Positions 63,005-64,000 of a DNA stretch of 64,000 nucleotides are shown here, one piece after another (position 1 is the first letter of the stretch; each line of letters begins with the position of its first letter). Location: the NCBI GenBank assembly GCA_973895155.1, contig OZ316895.1, positions 3,955,659 to 4,019,658 on the forward strand, given 5' to 3'. Source of the stretch: Marsupella aquatica. Its lineage: Eukaryota > Plantae > Marchantiophyta. The position numbers and the translations under genes are program-made. The notes under the pieces are model-generated. The model made no database searches. It was not told where the DNA came from and saw only the letters and a program-made list of their open reading frames with translations.

Positions 63005-63769
63005 CTAAGTACTGGGTGCCCACTTGGACTCATTATAGGACCTCTTCACTCGCCTCTTCATATGATGCAAATCATGCTCAAGTTGTAAAACCTTCTCCTT
63101 TGCCGCAAGGAGCTCATCCTCCACCTTCATAATGTCACTCCTCAACTCTATCCAATGGTCCGAGGGAGGCAATTCCTCTGGTACAATTGGACCCGGCCCT
63201 GCCCTAAGGTGCAAGTAGAACAACCGGAGTCCCAAGTCAGTAGAGTCAATGGGTACATCAGGCTCATAAAGAGGTGTCCACCTCAAATGTGTCGACTGGA
63301 ATCCGCCTGACATGGGACTATGGTAGTCAGGGGTAAGTGACCTGGACAGATCATCTCTAGTACACTCCAAAGGATGGTCAGGTGATGGGAAAGAGTCTGG
63401 CGCTGACGTGTAACCAAGTGTCGGAGAATCCGGAGGTGGGAGGTGTACTGCCAGAGTTTGGGACTCTAGTGCCGAGGGTGCCGCAACATGTGTGAGGTGA
63501 ACTGCCTGGGGTTCCTCCAACAAGGGGGTGGGAAGTGCTGGAGGTGGCCGAAGAAGTGGGCGTATAATACCATTGATGATCCAAAAGGGCTCATCCTCAC
63601 GCAAAGTGGGCCAGCGAAAAACAATGTCAAAGGTAAATGGAGAAGTGCAAAGTGAGGGCATCTTCTCAGACATAACCCGAAACTGCTGGTCAAGTGGGAG
63701 TGCGCTAAAGTCAGCGCAATCAAAAGGGACCTGCCCATCGCCAAGGAGGTCTGATGCCGCATCCCACAC
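63005..63769 (-). CDS. TE-associated hypothetical protein, C-terminal part (Pro-rich middle, terminal coiled coil)
   Basis: 254-codon open frame without an initiating ATG, so probably a terminal exon. It ends in heptad-like ELRSDIMKVEDELLAAKEKVLQLEHDLHHMKRR. Confidence 0.5.
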   Translation of the reverse strand: MWDAASDLLGDGQVPFDCADFSALPLDQQFRVMSEKMPSLCTSPFTFDIVFRWPTLREDEPFWIINGIIRPLLRPPPALPTPLLEEPQAVHLTHVAAPSALESQTLAVHLPPPDSPTLGYTSAPDSFPSPDHPLECTRDDLSRSLTPDYHSPMSGGFQSTHLRWTPLYEPDVPIDSTDLGLRLFYLHLRAGPGPIVPEELPPSDHWIELRSDIMKVEDELLAAKEKVLQLEHDLHHMKRRVKRSYNESKWAPST

Positions 63770-64000
63770 GGTGGCCTCTATGTGTGAGTATCATCATCAA
63801 TGTGCAAACTAAATCTCCAGAACCACCGTGTGTCCTGCCTGTCATCACAGACACCTGCATGTAAGGATGGTGTAGGGCCCCCATCCATATCCAATCGTCG
63901 TGACGGTCCATAAGCTCTCTTGCAAATGCGAGACGACTGTGGGATCCTCTTGGTGCATCCTAAATATGAGAAACATACCAATGTAGGGATGACCGCCACA

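Overview
Land-plant nuclear DNA, most likely a bryophyte/liverwort (spliceosomal introns, TTTAGGG telo-boxes, and a TE-associated ORF type I recognise from liverwort/moss genomes). Four host genes are well supported: an intronless U-box/ARM E3 ligase (PUB25/26-like, 5794-7080, -), a 5-exon plastid fructokinase-like protein (FLN, 30199-32589, +), a secreted peptide precursor (37891-38289, -), and a 10-exon At1g18030-like PP2C phosphatase (52453-57432, -) whose model requires one GC-AG intron. The peptide's C-terminus FQMLPRGTKVPPSGIPSPIHN is IDA-like but has a CLE-like tail and a one-residue insertion; this is the most notable observation. Intergenic DNA holds TE debris: an L1-type LINE, two tRNA-derived SINEs, MITEs including a Tourist/Harbinger element, non-autonomous Helitrons, a copia-like solo LTR and several tandem arrays. 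At 59.1-64 kb a Mutator-like transposase tail faces a run of opposite-strand accessory ORFs. No rRNA, genuine tRNA or CRISPR array was seen. All family assignments come from motif recognition by eye, not database searches.
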